64,000 nucleotides of DNA from an uncultured delta proteobacterium. Lineage in GTDB: Bacteria > Myxococcota_A > UBA9160 > UBA4427. Every line of letters starts with the position of its first letter. The stretch's first letter is position 1. Position numbers and translations under genes: made by a program. Below, one piece after another: positions 43,275-52,774 of the stretch. The stretch covers positions 1-64,000 of the forward strand of contig CAWGJT010000009.1 in assembly GCA_963822965.1 (NCBI GenBank), given 5' to 3'. A model generated the notes under the pieces. The model was given only the letters and a program-made list of their open reading frames with translations. It had not been told where the DNA came from and did not search any database.

Positions 43275-44440
43275 GTGAGCGCGCATGACGAGCGGCCTCC
43301 ACACGAGCGACGCTCGACAGCCGGATCACGCTGGCGGTCTTCCTCGCCCTGCTGTGGCTGCCCCTGGTGGTGAGCGCTCTCTCCCGGGACACCGGCGTCT
43401 CCCTCGGACGAGCAGCGGACGCTGGCGCCCCTGCCGTCCTTCGCGATCCGAGCGCCCTGGCCGACCTGCCCACGCGCCTCGAGCACTACTGGGACGACCG
43501 CATGGGTCTGCGAGAGGACCTGATCCGCGCCTGGGCCTGGCTCCACATCGAGCTTCTCGGGGTCTCGCCCTCGGACAAGCTCATCGTGGGGCGGGAAGGC
43601 TGGCTCTTCTTCGGCGACGCCGGACGCCGTCGCCCAGTACCGGGGCCTGGCGCGCTTCGACGAGCCGGCGCTGGAGCGGTGGACGCGGGTGCTCGAGGAG
43701 CGCAACGCCTGGCTCGCGGAGCGCGGGATCGCCTACCTGCTGGTGGTGGTCCCCAACAAGCACCGCATGTACGCCGAGTACATGCCGCGGTCGATTCCCC
43801 AGGTCGCACGAGACCTCACAGCTCGACCAGCTCGCCGCGGCGTTGCGGGCGCGCGGGACGGTGCCGTTCCTCGACCTGCGCGAGACCCTCGCCCGGGCGG
43901 GACGCACGAGCGCGGACCTACCATCGAACCGATACCCACTGGAACGACGTCGGTGCCTACGCGGCGTACCGGGCGATCCTCGACGGCGCTGGCGCCTCGC
44001 GTGCCTTCGCTGGCGCCCGTCAGCCCGTGGCGGTTCGCGCGCTCGAGCGGACGACGCCCGGTCTCGGGCTGGCCGCGCATCGTCGGGCTGAGCCTCGTCT
44101 ACCCCGAGCGCTCGCTGGACCTCGTGGTCGAGTCGCCGCGCGCGGCGGTTCCGAGCGAGCGGCGCGCGGCCTTCGAGGATCGCAACGCCGCCAGCTCGCC
44201 TTCGCCCTGGGTACGGGCGATCCCGCCCTGCCCTCCGCGGTGGTATTCCGCGACTCCTTCGCGGACGCCCTCGTGCCCTTCCTCTCGGAGAGCTTCTCGC
44301 GGGTCGTCTACGTCTGGCAGCGCGACGTCGATCCGAGCGTGGTGGAGGCCGAGCGGCCGGACGTCGTCATCCAGGAGATCGCCGAGCGCTTCCTGGGCCG
44401 GCGCCCTGGGAATCGAGGCGGCGCGCTCGCAGCACCGTGC
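43275..44440 (+). CDS. AlgJ/AlgX-like SGNH O-acetyltransferase, frameshifted; ends approximate
   Basis: IVGREGWLF, VVPNK, YHRTDTHWN..GAY, VFRDSF, PDVVIQEIAER; follows the algI-like gene. Confidence 0.8.
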
Positions 44441-44442
44441 GC

Positions 44443-45387
44443 TCACGCGGTGGCCGAGGAGCGCGGTCCGCCTCGCCGGGCGCGGTGCGAGCCCGCAGCG
44501 AGCGGTCGGCGGCGACTGACGACGACGCCCGCTCCCGAGGCGCGGCGAGCAGCGCCTCGGGCGACGCGTCCTCGCCGAGACCGGCTCGCAGGGCGGAGCG
44601 CGTGGGACTCGCGGCGTCCGCGGCAAGAATCCCGGCGCCTCGCGGCGAAGACGCCGTCGCCGCGCCGGCGCCAGCACGCGGCGCTCGTCGCCCGCGATCG
44701 AGACCGCCGCGAGCGCACCGCTCGCGTCGGCGAGCGCGAGGGTCGCCCCGCCCGAGACGGGGCGCTTCAGGCACCAGTCGAGGCACCCGGCCACGTCGCC
44801 GAATCGCTGCAGACACTCCTGCACGAGCAGCTGGCACGACGGCGACAGTCCCCCGCGTACGGCGCCGGTCGGCGCGATGGCGACGGCGACACCCGGCTAC
44901 GTTGACGCCGGCCACCGCGGTCGCCGTCCAGGGAAGGGTCAGCTCCACGGAGGCGAACCCCACCTCCGGCCGACTCCGGCGCGCGATCCAGCACGCATCG
45001 GCCTGCAGGCTGCGCGCGACCACGGCGTGCGCTCCGGCGCGCGCGCCGAGCCGCGCTTCGGCGGCGACGGGCTCGTCCGGCAGCTCGCCCGACGCACCGC
45101 GCACGAAGAGATCCATCAGCGCATCGACCGAGGTCCCGGCGCCTCGCGCCATGCCCTGGAAGCGCTCGCCCAGATGCGGGAAGTGCCTCACGATCTCCCG
45201 CGCCATGCCCGCGCCCAGGACCGGACCCACGAGGAAGGGACGCAGGCTGGCCCGCGCTCTTCCCCGATGCTGGATGCCGGCCCGGGCGAGACGCTCGCGG
45301 ATGGCGTCCCGACAGGCGCCACCCTGGCCGCGCCCCATGGCCCGCGGGATCCCCCGCGCACTCGATGAGGAGCAGAGGGGCCGACAT
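44443..45387 (-). CDS. Peptidase C45 / Ntn-hydrolase-like protein, degenerate and frameshifted
   Basis: LIECAGDP/RAMGRGQG, FPHLGERFQGMARGAG, ELTLPW...AGVN pattern; downstream of larE. Confidence 0.45.
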
Positions 45388-45472
45388 GTTCCTTCCGTGC
45401 GGGTGCCGGCCGAGCGGCCGATCGGATGCCCTGGACTCGTCCTGCGGCGCAGGCCGAGCCCCCCTGGGTGGG

Positions 45473-46313
45473 TCAGTCCGAGCTGCGGACGAAGAGGACC
45501 TCGTTCGAGCGAGCCCATGCGGTAGCCCTCGAGGTCGAGCGAGACCCAGCGGAAGCCCAGGGGCTTGATGGCGCGGGCGATCGCGTTCCGCCATCTCGGG
45601 GTGGAACGCGCGCTCCATCTCCTCGGGCGCGATCTCCACGCGCGCGAGATCGCCGTGGTGGCGCAGGCGCACCTGGCGGAAGCCCAGCGCACGCAGCCGC
45701 TCCTCGCCCTCCTCGACCTGGGCGAGCCGCTCGGGCGTCACCTCGGTCCCATAGGGGAGGCGCGAGGAGAGGCAGGCCGACGCGGGCAGATCGGCGGTGG
45801 GCAGCCCCACCTCCCGCGAGAGCGCGCGGATGTCCGCCTTGGAGAGCGCGGCGTCCAGGAAGGGCGAGAGGACCGCGTGCTCGGAAGCCGCTCGGTGCCC
45901 GGGACGGAAGTCGCTCGTGTCGTCGGTGTTGATCGCCGTAGGCGATGGCGTCGAAGGCCAGCTCCCCGCAGATGCCCTCCAGGCGCTCGAAGAGCTCGCT
46001 CTTGCAGTGGTAGCAGCGGTCCGGCGCGTTGGCGCGGTAGGCGTCCCGCTCCATCTCGCGGGTCTGCGACGAAGCGGTGGGGGATGCCGAAGTCCGCGAC
46101 GATCTGCTCCGCCATGCGGCGGTGGGACGCCGGATAGGAGGGCGAGACGGCCGTCACGGCAAGGCAGTCGTCGCCCAGCGCGTGTCGCGCAGCCCAGGCG
46201 AGATAGCTCGAGTCGACGCCGCCCGAGAAGGCCACCAGCACGCGACCCGACGCCCGGAGGCGCTCGTAGAGGGCTTCCTGCTTGGCGCGCAGGTCGCGGA
46301 GGGGGCTCGACAT
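45473..46313 (-). CDS. larE: LarE-family ATP-dependent sulfur transferase, frameshifted
   Basis: VAFSGGVDS PP-loop, DRCYHCK, DFRPG, ACLSSRLPYG, QVRLRHHG..ARVE, DLEGYRMGS. Confidence 0.9.
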
Positions 46314-46467
46314 GCGACCCAGGGTACGGAGCGGCCCGGGGAGGGTCAACCGGCGCGCTCCGGGCTCCAGCCGCGCGCCGAAGCGATCCGATAGGGAGCG
46401 AGAGGCGAGCCACGGATGCGTCGAACGGTATAGTCCCGTCCACGGTCCACGCGTTCGGGGGGAACAC

Positions 46468-47559
46468 ATGGCCAGGATCCGCGTGGGGCTTCTCTTCGGC
46501 GGGCGCTCCGTCGAGCACGAGGTGTCGATCAGCTCGGCGACCTCGATCCTGCAGGCCCTCGATCCCGATCGCTACGACGTCACCCTGATCGCGATCGATC
46601 CCGACGGCCGCTGGCGTCTGGGCGCCGGCTCGGAGCTCCTGCCCGAGAAGGCCGTGGCCGGCAGCGAGGTGAGGCTGCCCGCGGTTCCGGGCGGCATGCT
46701 GCTCCCCGAGGCGTCCAGCGACGCGAGCCCGCGCCGCCTGGACGTGGTGTTCCCCATCGTCCACGGGCGGGGCGGTGAGGACGGTCAGGTCCAGGGCCTG
46801 CTCGAGCTGGCCGAGATCCCCTACGTCGGGATCGGGCGTGCTGTCCTCGGCGGTGCAGATGGACAAGGACGTGGCGCGGCGCCTGCTCAAGGCGGCGGGG
46901 CTGCCGGTGGTCCCGGACGTGGTGCTGCGCGGCGCCGACGTCTCCACCGAGGGGCGGCGCGCCGCCGCCCAGGCGGCGGTCGAGACCCTCGGCCTGCCCG
47001 TCTTCGTCAAGCCCGCCAACTCGGGATCGTCCGTCGGCATCTCGAAGGCCAGGGATCTCGACGCGCTCATCCGAGGCGATCGGCGAGGCCGCCCGCTACG
47101 ACACGAAGGTCGTCATCGAGAAGGCCATCGACGCGCGGGAGATCGAGGTGGCGGTGCTCGGGAACGAGAGCCCCGAGGCGTCGGTTCCGGGCGAGATCGT
47201 GCCCAGCCACGAGTTCTACGACTACGAGGCGAAGTACCTCGACGAGAGCACCGAGCTGCACGTACCGGCGCGCCTGCCCGAGGACGTGACCAAGCTGCTT
47301 CGCAGCCTCGCGCTCGAAGCGTTCCACGCGCTCGAGGCGGAGGGCATCGCGCGCGTCGACTTCTTCGTCGAGCGCGATACCGGGCGCGATCTTCATCAAC
47401 GAGCTGAACAGCCTGCCGGGCTTCACCGAGAGCTCGATGTTCCCGCGCCTGTGGGCGGCCTCCGGGCTGCCCTATCCCGCGCTGCTCGACCGCATGATCG
47501 ATCTGGCGCTCGAGCGGCACGCGCGCCGGTCCAGGCTGCAGACCCGCTTCCACCCGTAG
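46468..47559 (+). CDS. ddl: D-alanine--D-alanine ligase, frameshifted
   Basis: [54 protein letters not shown]. Confidence 0.95.
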
Positions 47560-49082
47560 CCGCCGGGGGCGCTCGCAGCCGTGGCGACCGGCGCGATCAG
47601 GGTCCGGCGGCGGCGGCCCGCGGCCGGCGGGCGGGGCCTGGCCTTCCCGGCGGGCGGATGGGCCTTCTTGTGCGGCTCGATCACGTAGCCGAGGGCCCGG
47701 AGCTGGGCCTGGTGCATCTCGTCCAGCTCGACCTCGGGCGCCTTGTCCCACTGGGTCTTGGGCTTCGCGAGGAAGGCCTCCACGTCCGACCGCAGCTCGC
47801 TCGCCACATTCGCCTTCTCGGCGGCCACGTTCCGCTTCTCGCGCGGGTCGACGCTGTGGTCGAAGAGCTCGATCCGCTCCGGCCGGTTCGTCGCGTAGTT
47901 CAGGCGGTAGGGCCCCTTCACGATCGACGTCGTCGGCTCTGGGTCGGCGCCCACCTTGCCCCAGCTCCGGTCGAGCTGCGCGAAGAAGGAGCGATCCGTC
48001 TCGGTGTCGGCGTCGCCGCTGGAGTCGTCGGCGGCCGCGAGGATGAGCGGAAGCGCGGACTGCCCTTCGGCGCCGGGCAGGGGCGGGAGCCCGAGCATGT
48101 CCAGCAGCGTGGGCCAGACGTCGACGTTCGCCACACGCTGGTTCACCACGATGCCGGGATCCAGCCGGAACGGCGGAACGATGATCCACGGCGTATTCAG
48201 CACCTCGCGATAGAGGTTGCGCGCGTGACCTTCGATGCCGTGCTCGAAGAAGGCCTCGCCGTGGTCCGAGACGATCACCACCATCGTCTTGTCCGCCAGC
48301 CGCAGCTCCCGCAGCGTCTGCATGATGCGCCCGATGTTGTAGTCGATCCAGTAGATCGAGCTGTCGTAGAAGTCGGAGAACTCGACCCCGAAGTTCGGCG
48401 AGAGGTCGGTATAGAGGTACTGGTGCACGTCCATGTAGTGCACGTAGAGGAAGAAGGGGTCGGCCACCGCGCCTGTCATGAATTCGATGGCCGAGAGCGT
48501 CGCGTCCATGTCGGTGCCGGGCAGCCGCGCGACCCCGGGCGTGTGACGCATCACCTCGTGCTCGGGCATCGTCTGCCGCGGGCGGATGTAGAGGTCGAAG
48601 CCCTGACCGAAGCCGAAGTTGTTCGCCACCCAGCCGTTGCGCCAGATGCCCGCCGTGCGGTAGCCGGCATCGTGGAAGATCTCTGCGGGCATGACCGCCT
48701 GCGGCGGCATGGCGTGGAAGAATCGCTGGATTCCCGTCCGCTCCGGGTACATCCCCGTCCACATCGAGGCCATCGACGCCTTGGTCCAGCTCGACTGGGC
48801 TTCGACGTTCGCGAAGCGGATTCCGCTCGCGGCCAGGTCGGCCAGCACCGGGCTGGTGGTCCGATCGTAGCCGTATGCCGAGAGGCGGTCGGCGCGCAGC
48901 ATGTCGATCACGATGAAGACGACGTTCAGGTGATCCCGCTGGCGCAGGGTCGTGAGGTCGCCGACCGTGCCCTCCGGGCGCGACGGCGGATCCAGCCGGA
49001 TCTGGGACAGGACCGCCGCGACGATCAGGATCCCCGCGAGTGAGAAGTAGAACCACGAGGAATCGATGAGCTTGCGCAGCAA
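47472..49082 (-). CDS. Sulfatase-like AlkP-superfamily protein with N-terminal membrane anchor; true 3' end may be near 47600
   Basis: [38 protein letters not shown]; the ORF tail overlaps the ddl 3' end. Confidence 0.85.
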   Translation of the reverse strand: MLRKLIDSSWFYFSLAGILIVAAVLSQIRLDPPSRPEGTVGDLTTLRQRDHLNVVFIVIDMLRADRLSAYGYDRTTSPVLADLAASGIRFANVEAQSSWTKASMASMWTGMYPERTGIQRFFHAMPPQAVMPAEIFHDAGYRTAGIWRNGWVANNFGFGQGFDLYIRPRQTMPEHEVMRHTPGVARLPGTDMDATLSAIEFMTGAVADPFFLYVHYMDVHQYLYTDLSPNFGVEFSDFYDSSIYWIDYNIGRIMQTLRELRLADKTMVVIVSDHGEAFFEHGIEGHARNLYREVLNTPWIIVPPFRLDPGIVVNQRVANVDVWPTLLDMLGLPPLPGAEGQSALPLILAAADDSSGDADTETDRSFFAQLDRSWGKVGADPEPTTSIVKGPYRLNYATNRPERIELFDHSVDPREKRNVAAEKANVASELRSDVEAFLAKPKTQWDKAPEVELDEMHQAQLRALGYVIEPHKKAHPPAGKARPRPPAAGRRRRTLIAPVATAASAPGGYGWKRVCSLDRRACRSSARSIMRSSSAG

Positions 49083-49100
49083 GTGGCGGGTCTCCGTCCT

Positions 49101-50783
49101 TCACGGCTTGTGTTGCGCGTCGACCTGCAGTCGCGCGCGCACGAGATGCATTGCGATCCGTTCCTGGTTCGGGGCCAGCTCCGCCGCTCGCTCGAGACGG
49201 GGGATCGCCTGCTCGGGGCTACCGCTCTCGAGCCAGGCACGACCGGCGCGGAAGAGCGTCGAAACGTCTTCCGGCTCGATCTCCAGCGCCGAATCATAGG
49301 CGTTCGCGGCTTCGCGCCACTCCCGGGCCTGCTCGTGCAGGAGGCCCAACGACTGGTAGCCGCGCGCGGTGGGCGCCAGAGCGAGACTCCGCTCGAACTC
49401 GGCGCGAGCTCCGTCGGGGTCGCCCTCGCGCGCGAGCCGGCGGCCGAGCTCGGTGTGCCGGCTGGGCCCGTCCCGGCCGAGCCAGGCGAGCCGGGCCAGC
49501 GCCTGACGCGCGGCCTCCACGTCCCCCCGGGACATCGCTGCCCCGAATCCGACGTCGCCCACCCAGAAGGTGACGGCTCCGTACGCCAGGCAGAGCGCCC
49601 CCACGCCCTGCGCGGTCCGCCGCAGCCACGGTGCCCTCCGCACCGCGATGGGCACCGCGAGGTCGCTCGGCGACGGCTGCGATCGCAGCAGCACCCGTGC
49701 GACCCGCCCGTCCCGCAGCTTCCAGACCGCGCCGTCGAGGACGAAGTGATGCAGGTTGACCATCGCTGCCACCATCAGGGCGAGACCGGACTCGTGGGGT
49801 AGCCGACCGAGCAGCCCCGGCGCGAAGACGATGGCGGGAAGCGTCCACACCGCGTAGCCCGCGAGGGTCGCCTTGCCGAGGAAGGCCAGGCGACGGCGCC
49901 ACGGCGACGGCTGGGCGCGCACGGCCGCCTCGGATTCGGTCGTGTAGTAGGTCGTGATCCACAGATACTGGACGGCGTGATAGCCCGCGATCCACAGGAA
50001 GCCGTAGGCGGTGTAGATGCTCCGGAAGGCGCTGGCCTCCCCCGCGAGCTGCCAGTGCCGGACGGGCACGGGCACGGTGAACCAGAGCGCCTGGGTTGCC
50101 ATCAGCGCGAGCGAGGGAAGGATCGCGACGAGCCCCGCCGACCGCGTCAGCAGGTAGATTGCCGCGATGCTGGCGACCGCCCAGGCGGTGCCGAGGACCA
50201 CGATGGCAACGCTGCCGAAGGCGTGCGGAATGCCCAGGGACAGGAGCTTGAAGACCGTGCCCCCGTACGAGACCGGCGCATAGCTGCCTTCGGGCTGCGC
50301 GCTGTGGATGGCGACGAAGGTGAGTAGGAAGGACGCCACGAAGGACGCGTGCACGAAACGCTTCGCGGTCGGCGTCACGGTCACGCCGCGACGTCCGGCC
50401 AGCATGAGCGCGATGCCGTAGTTCTGTCCCGTGTAGTGCCAGGGACTCCACGTGAGATAGACGGTGAGGAGGAGCGAGCCGAGCAGCTGGCCGTACAGGC
50501 TCGCGACGAAGCCGGTGGCGATGAGCAGCGTGGCCCACACCGAGAAGAACCGATACCGGCGCCGGTCGGCCGGATCCTCGTAGACGCGCACGAGCGTGGC
50601 GCCGTAGTGCGGCAGCGCGAAGAGCAGGATCAGCAGGGCGCCGGGAACCCAGGTGGCCAGGACGTTGCGTCCCAGCCCCGCCTGCAGGAGCATGACGGCC
50701 ATCGAGCCGATCCCGCACCCGAGGAGCAGGTCCACTCCGGATCCGTACAGCCAGCCGCGCCTGTGCCGTCCCGCGTCGCTCAT
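49101..50783 (-). CDS. Polytopic membrane protein with His motifs and C-terminal TPRs
   Basis: PHYGAT, WHYTGQNYG, HAVQY and HHFVLDG in or near TMs; TPR-like helices at the C-terminus. Confidence 0.75.
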   Translation of the reverse strand: MSDAGRHRRGWLYGSGVDLLLGCGIGSMAVMLLQAGLGRNVLATWVPGALLILLFALPHYGATLVRVYEDPADRRRYRFFSVWATLLIATGFVASLYGQLLGSLLLTVYLTWSPWHYTGQNYGIALMLAGRRGVTVTPTAKRFVHASFVASFLLTFVAIHSAQPEGSYAPVSYGGTVFKLLSLGIPHAFGSVAIVVLGTAWAVASIAAIYLLTRSAGLVAILPSLALMATQALWFTVPVPVRHWQLAGEASAFRSIYTAYGFLWIAGYHAVQYLWITTYYTTESEAAVRAQPSPWRRRLAFLGKATLAGYAVWTLPAIVFAPGLLGRLPHESGLALMVAAMVNLHHFVLDGAVWKLRDGRVARVLLRSQPSPSDLAVPIAVRRAPWLRRTAQGVGALCLAYGAVTFWVGDVGFGAAMSRGDVEAARQALARLAWLGRDGPSRHTELGRRLAREGDPDGARAEFERSLALAPTARGYQSLGLLHEQAREWREAANAYDSALEIEPEDVSTLFRAGRAWLESGSPEQAIPRLERAAELAPNQERIAMHLVRARLQVDAQHKP

Positions 50784-50875
50784 GGCCGTAGAGCCGCGAA
50801 CCTCATCCAGCGATTCGATAACCAGGCCGGCACTTTAGTTCAGTCCCAACCACTCCGCGAACACGTTCCCAAAGA

Positions 50876-51163
50876 CCCCCATTCGGCCGCAACCCAATGA
50901 GGGGAGTACAGCGCCCGCGAGTCGCCTCGGCCCCCACTCGGCCGCAACCAAGCCCCACAACGAACGAGGGGAGTACAGCGCCCGCGAGTCGTCTGGCTCT
51001 CCATTGGGCGGCAACCAGGCCCCACAACAAATGAGGGGAGTACGACGCCCGCGAGCCGCCTCGCCCCCCATTGGGCGGCAACCAGGCCCCGCACCCAAGG
51101 AGGGGAGTACGACGCCAGCGAGTCGTCTGGCTCTCCATTGGGCCGCAACCAGGCCTCATCCCC
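50876..51163. repeat. Intergenic degenerate tandem array, 67-bp period, about 4.5 copies
   Basis: GAGGGGAGTAC at 50899, 50966, 51033, 51100; GCAACC at 50889, 50944, 51011, 51078, 51145. Confidence 0.92.
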
Positions 51164-51200
51164 AAAAAAAGAAACGGCCACCTCGTGAGAGGTGGCCGTT
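51164..51200 (-). terminator. Intrinsic terminator of the PEP-CTERM gene
   Basis: Perfect 12-bp stem AACGGCCACCTC/GAGGTGGCCGTT, 4-nt loop, T7 tract on the minus strand, 25 nt after the stop codon. Confidence 0.92.
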
Positions 51201-51225
51201 CTTCTGTCAGTTGCCGATCGGACGC

Positions 51226-52182
51226 TTACTTGCGCATCCGGCGACGGCCGATCACGGCGAGGCCGACGGCCCCCGAGACCAGCAGGAGCACGGTGCCCGG
51301 CTCGGGCACGAACTCGAAGTGGATCGTCGCCGAGCCCGGGATGCGTCCCGCGATGGCCGCGGTGTCGATCCGCATCGGGGACACCACCGTCACGCTGCCT
51401 GCCTTGCTACCCGAGAGCAGGTTCTGCGTACCCGAAACGGTCACCGTGTGGTTCTCGACCGCGTTGCCGCCGTTGACGGACACGAATCCACCGTTGGTCG
51501 ACGGCGTCATCACGGTCTCGTTCGGAGTCGGCTGCAGGGTGAAGGCGACGCCCTGCACGTTGCCGCGCGCCGGGATCGTGATGAAGTTCGACGTCACCGC
51601 CGTGATCACCACCGGCGCCGTGATGAACGGGCCGTTGGTCACGGTGATGTTGTTGCCCAGCAGCGAGACCATCGTGGTCTCACCCATGGCGCCGCCGACG
51701 TGGCTCAGCGGAACCGGAAGCACGATGGCGCCGCCCAGGGCATTGATCACCGCCACGCCGTTGAGGCGCAGGTTGCCACCGAAGGCCGGACCCACCGAGC
51801 CGCCGCCACCGATCTGGTTGGAGGCGATCACGACGCCGTCCTGGAGGACACCGCCGTTGTTGTGGACCGTCACCTTCAGGTTCGAGATCAGCGGAACGCC
51901 GGTGAACAGCGCCGTGCCCGGACCGAAGTTGACCGTCGACCACACCGTCGCACCCGCGAGGATGTTGTGACCCACGGTCGGGTTGCCCTGGCTACCCGAC
52001 GCCAGGGAGACCAGGCTCTCCGTTCCCGGAAGAGCGCTGACCGCGACGGTGGGCAGACCGCTGATGGTCAGACCGAGCGTCGAGTTCGGCTGATCCATCT
52101 GGCCCGCCTGCGCTGCCCCTCCGATTAAGAGGCAGCTCATCGCCACGCACATCACGAGAATCGCTCGCTTCAGGTTCTGCAT
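51226..52182 (-). CDS. PEP-CTERM sorting-domain surface protein
   Basis: Sec signal (AQA), G/T/V/N/S-rich body, C-terminal VPEPGT-hydrophobic helix-RRRMRK; AAGGAGG RBS. Confidence 0.95.
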   Translation of the reverse strand: MQNLKRAILVMCVAMSCLLIGGAAQAGQMDQPNSTLGLTISGLPTVAVSALPGTESLVSLASGSQGNPTVGHNILAGATVWSTVNFGPGTALFTGVPLISNLKVTVHNNGGVLQDGVVIASNQIGGGGSVGPAFGGNLRLNGVAVINALGGAIVLPVPLSHVGGAMGETTMVSLLGNNITVTNGPFITAPVVITAVTSNFITIPARGNVQGVAFTLQPTPNETVMTPSTNGGFVSVNGGNAVENHTVTVSGTQNLLSGSKAGSVTVVSPMRIDTAAIAGRIPGSATIHFEFVPEPGTVLLLVSGAVGLAVIGRRRMRK

Positions 52183-52346
52183 AGGCTTCTTCCTCCTTGG
52201 TTCACCGGTTCACTCGCTCTACATCACTCGTTCGAGCTTCAACGGCCCCTCGACTCCAACTGCCGACCGTCGGGTTGCCATCCGACCTACAGGGCGGATT
52301 CCTGACAGAACCGGTCGTGCAGCGATATAGGGCCGCGGCCGATTCC

Positions 52347-52376
52347 AGCATGCTCCCAGCGGCGGATGCAGGTCAA
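52347..52376 (-). promoter_or_regulatory. Putative sigma70 promoter of the PEP-CTERM gene
   Basis: TTGACC-18 nt-CATGCT on the minus strand, implying a leader of about 160 nt. Confidence 0.35.
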
Positions 52377-52774
52377 GAAACTTCTCGAGCGCGGCGGAAA
52401 GACTCTCCCTCGATTCCCCTGGGGGGGCAAGGACGATCCTTCCACGTCCGAGTAGAACCGCCCCGGCTCGGGCGGACTCTCTATTTCCGGGTCCACACCC
52501 TGCCTCTCCTCCCGCGGGGGGCGGCACTTCCTCGCTCGGCTCCCCGCGGGACCCCCAACACCAACATCCGGGGACAGGGAGCCTGCGGGACAGATTCCGC
52601 CCGCCCGCGCGAACGGCCGTGGACCTCACCTTCTCGCCGGTGTGGGCACTCACGTGGACACCGGCGGCACACGCCCGCCGGACGCCTGGATCTGGATTGG
52701 AAGCACCTGGTTTGGAAGCAGAACGCCTCGCACGTAAGCTTCCGCGTCTCGATTTTCGGAGGATTCCGCGCCCG

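Noticed and set aside
13417..47559. Many frameshifted genes read as pseudogenes or programmed frameshifts
   Set aside because: They affect normally essential genes (gatA, gatB, gatC, ddl), often compensate each other and leave motifs intact. Sequencing indels are the simplest explanation.
50899..50950. Resemblance of GGGGAGTAC and GGCCGCAA to a 16S rRNA segment or the yybP-ykoY riboswitch start
   Set aside because: Only 8-9 nt match and the pieces are not contiguous. No other rRNA or riboswitch elements are present.
50876..51163. CRISPR array
   Set aside because: The segments between conserved blocks are homologous to each other rather than unique spacers, and no cas gene was recognised.
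50803..51181. Short ORFs over the repeat array
   Set aside because: The 67-bp period rotates the same peptide through all three frames, as expected for non-coding repeats.
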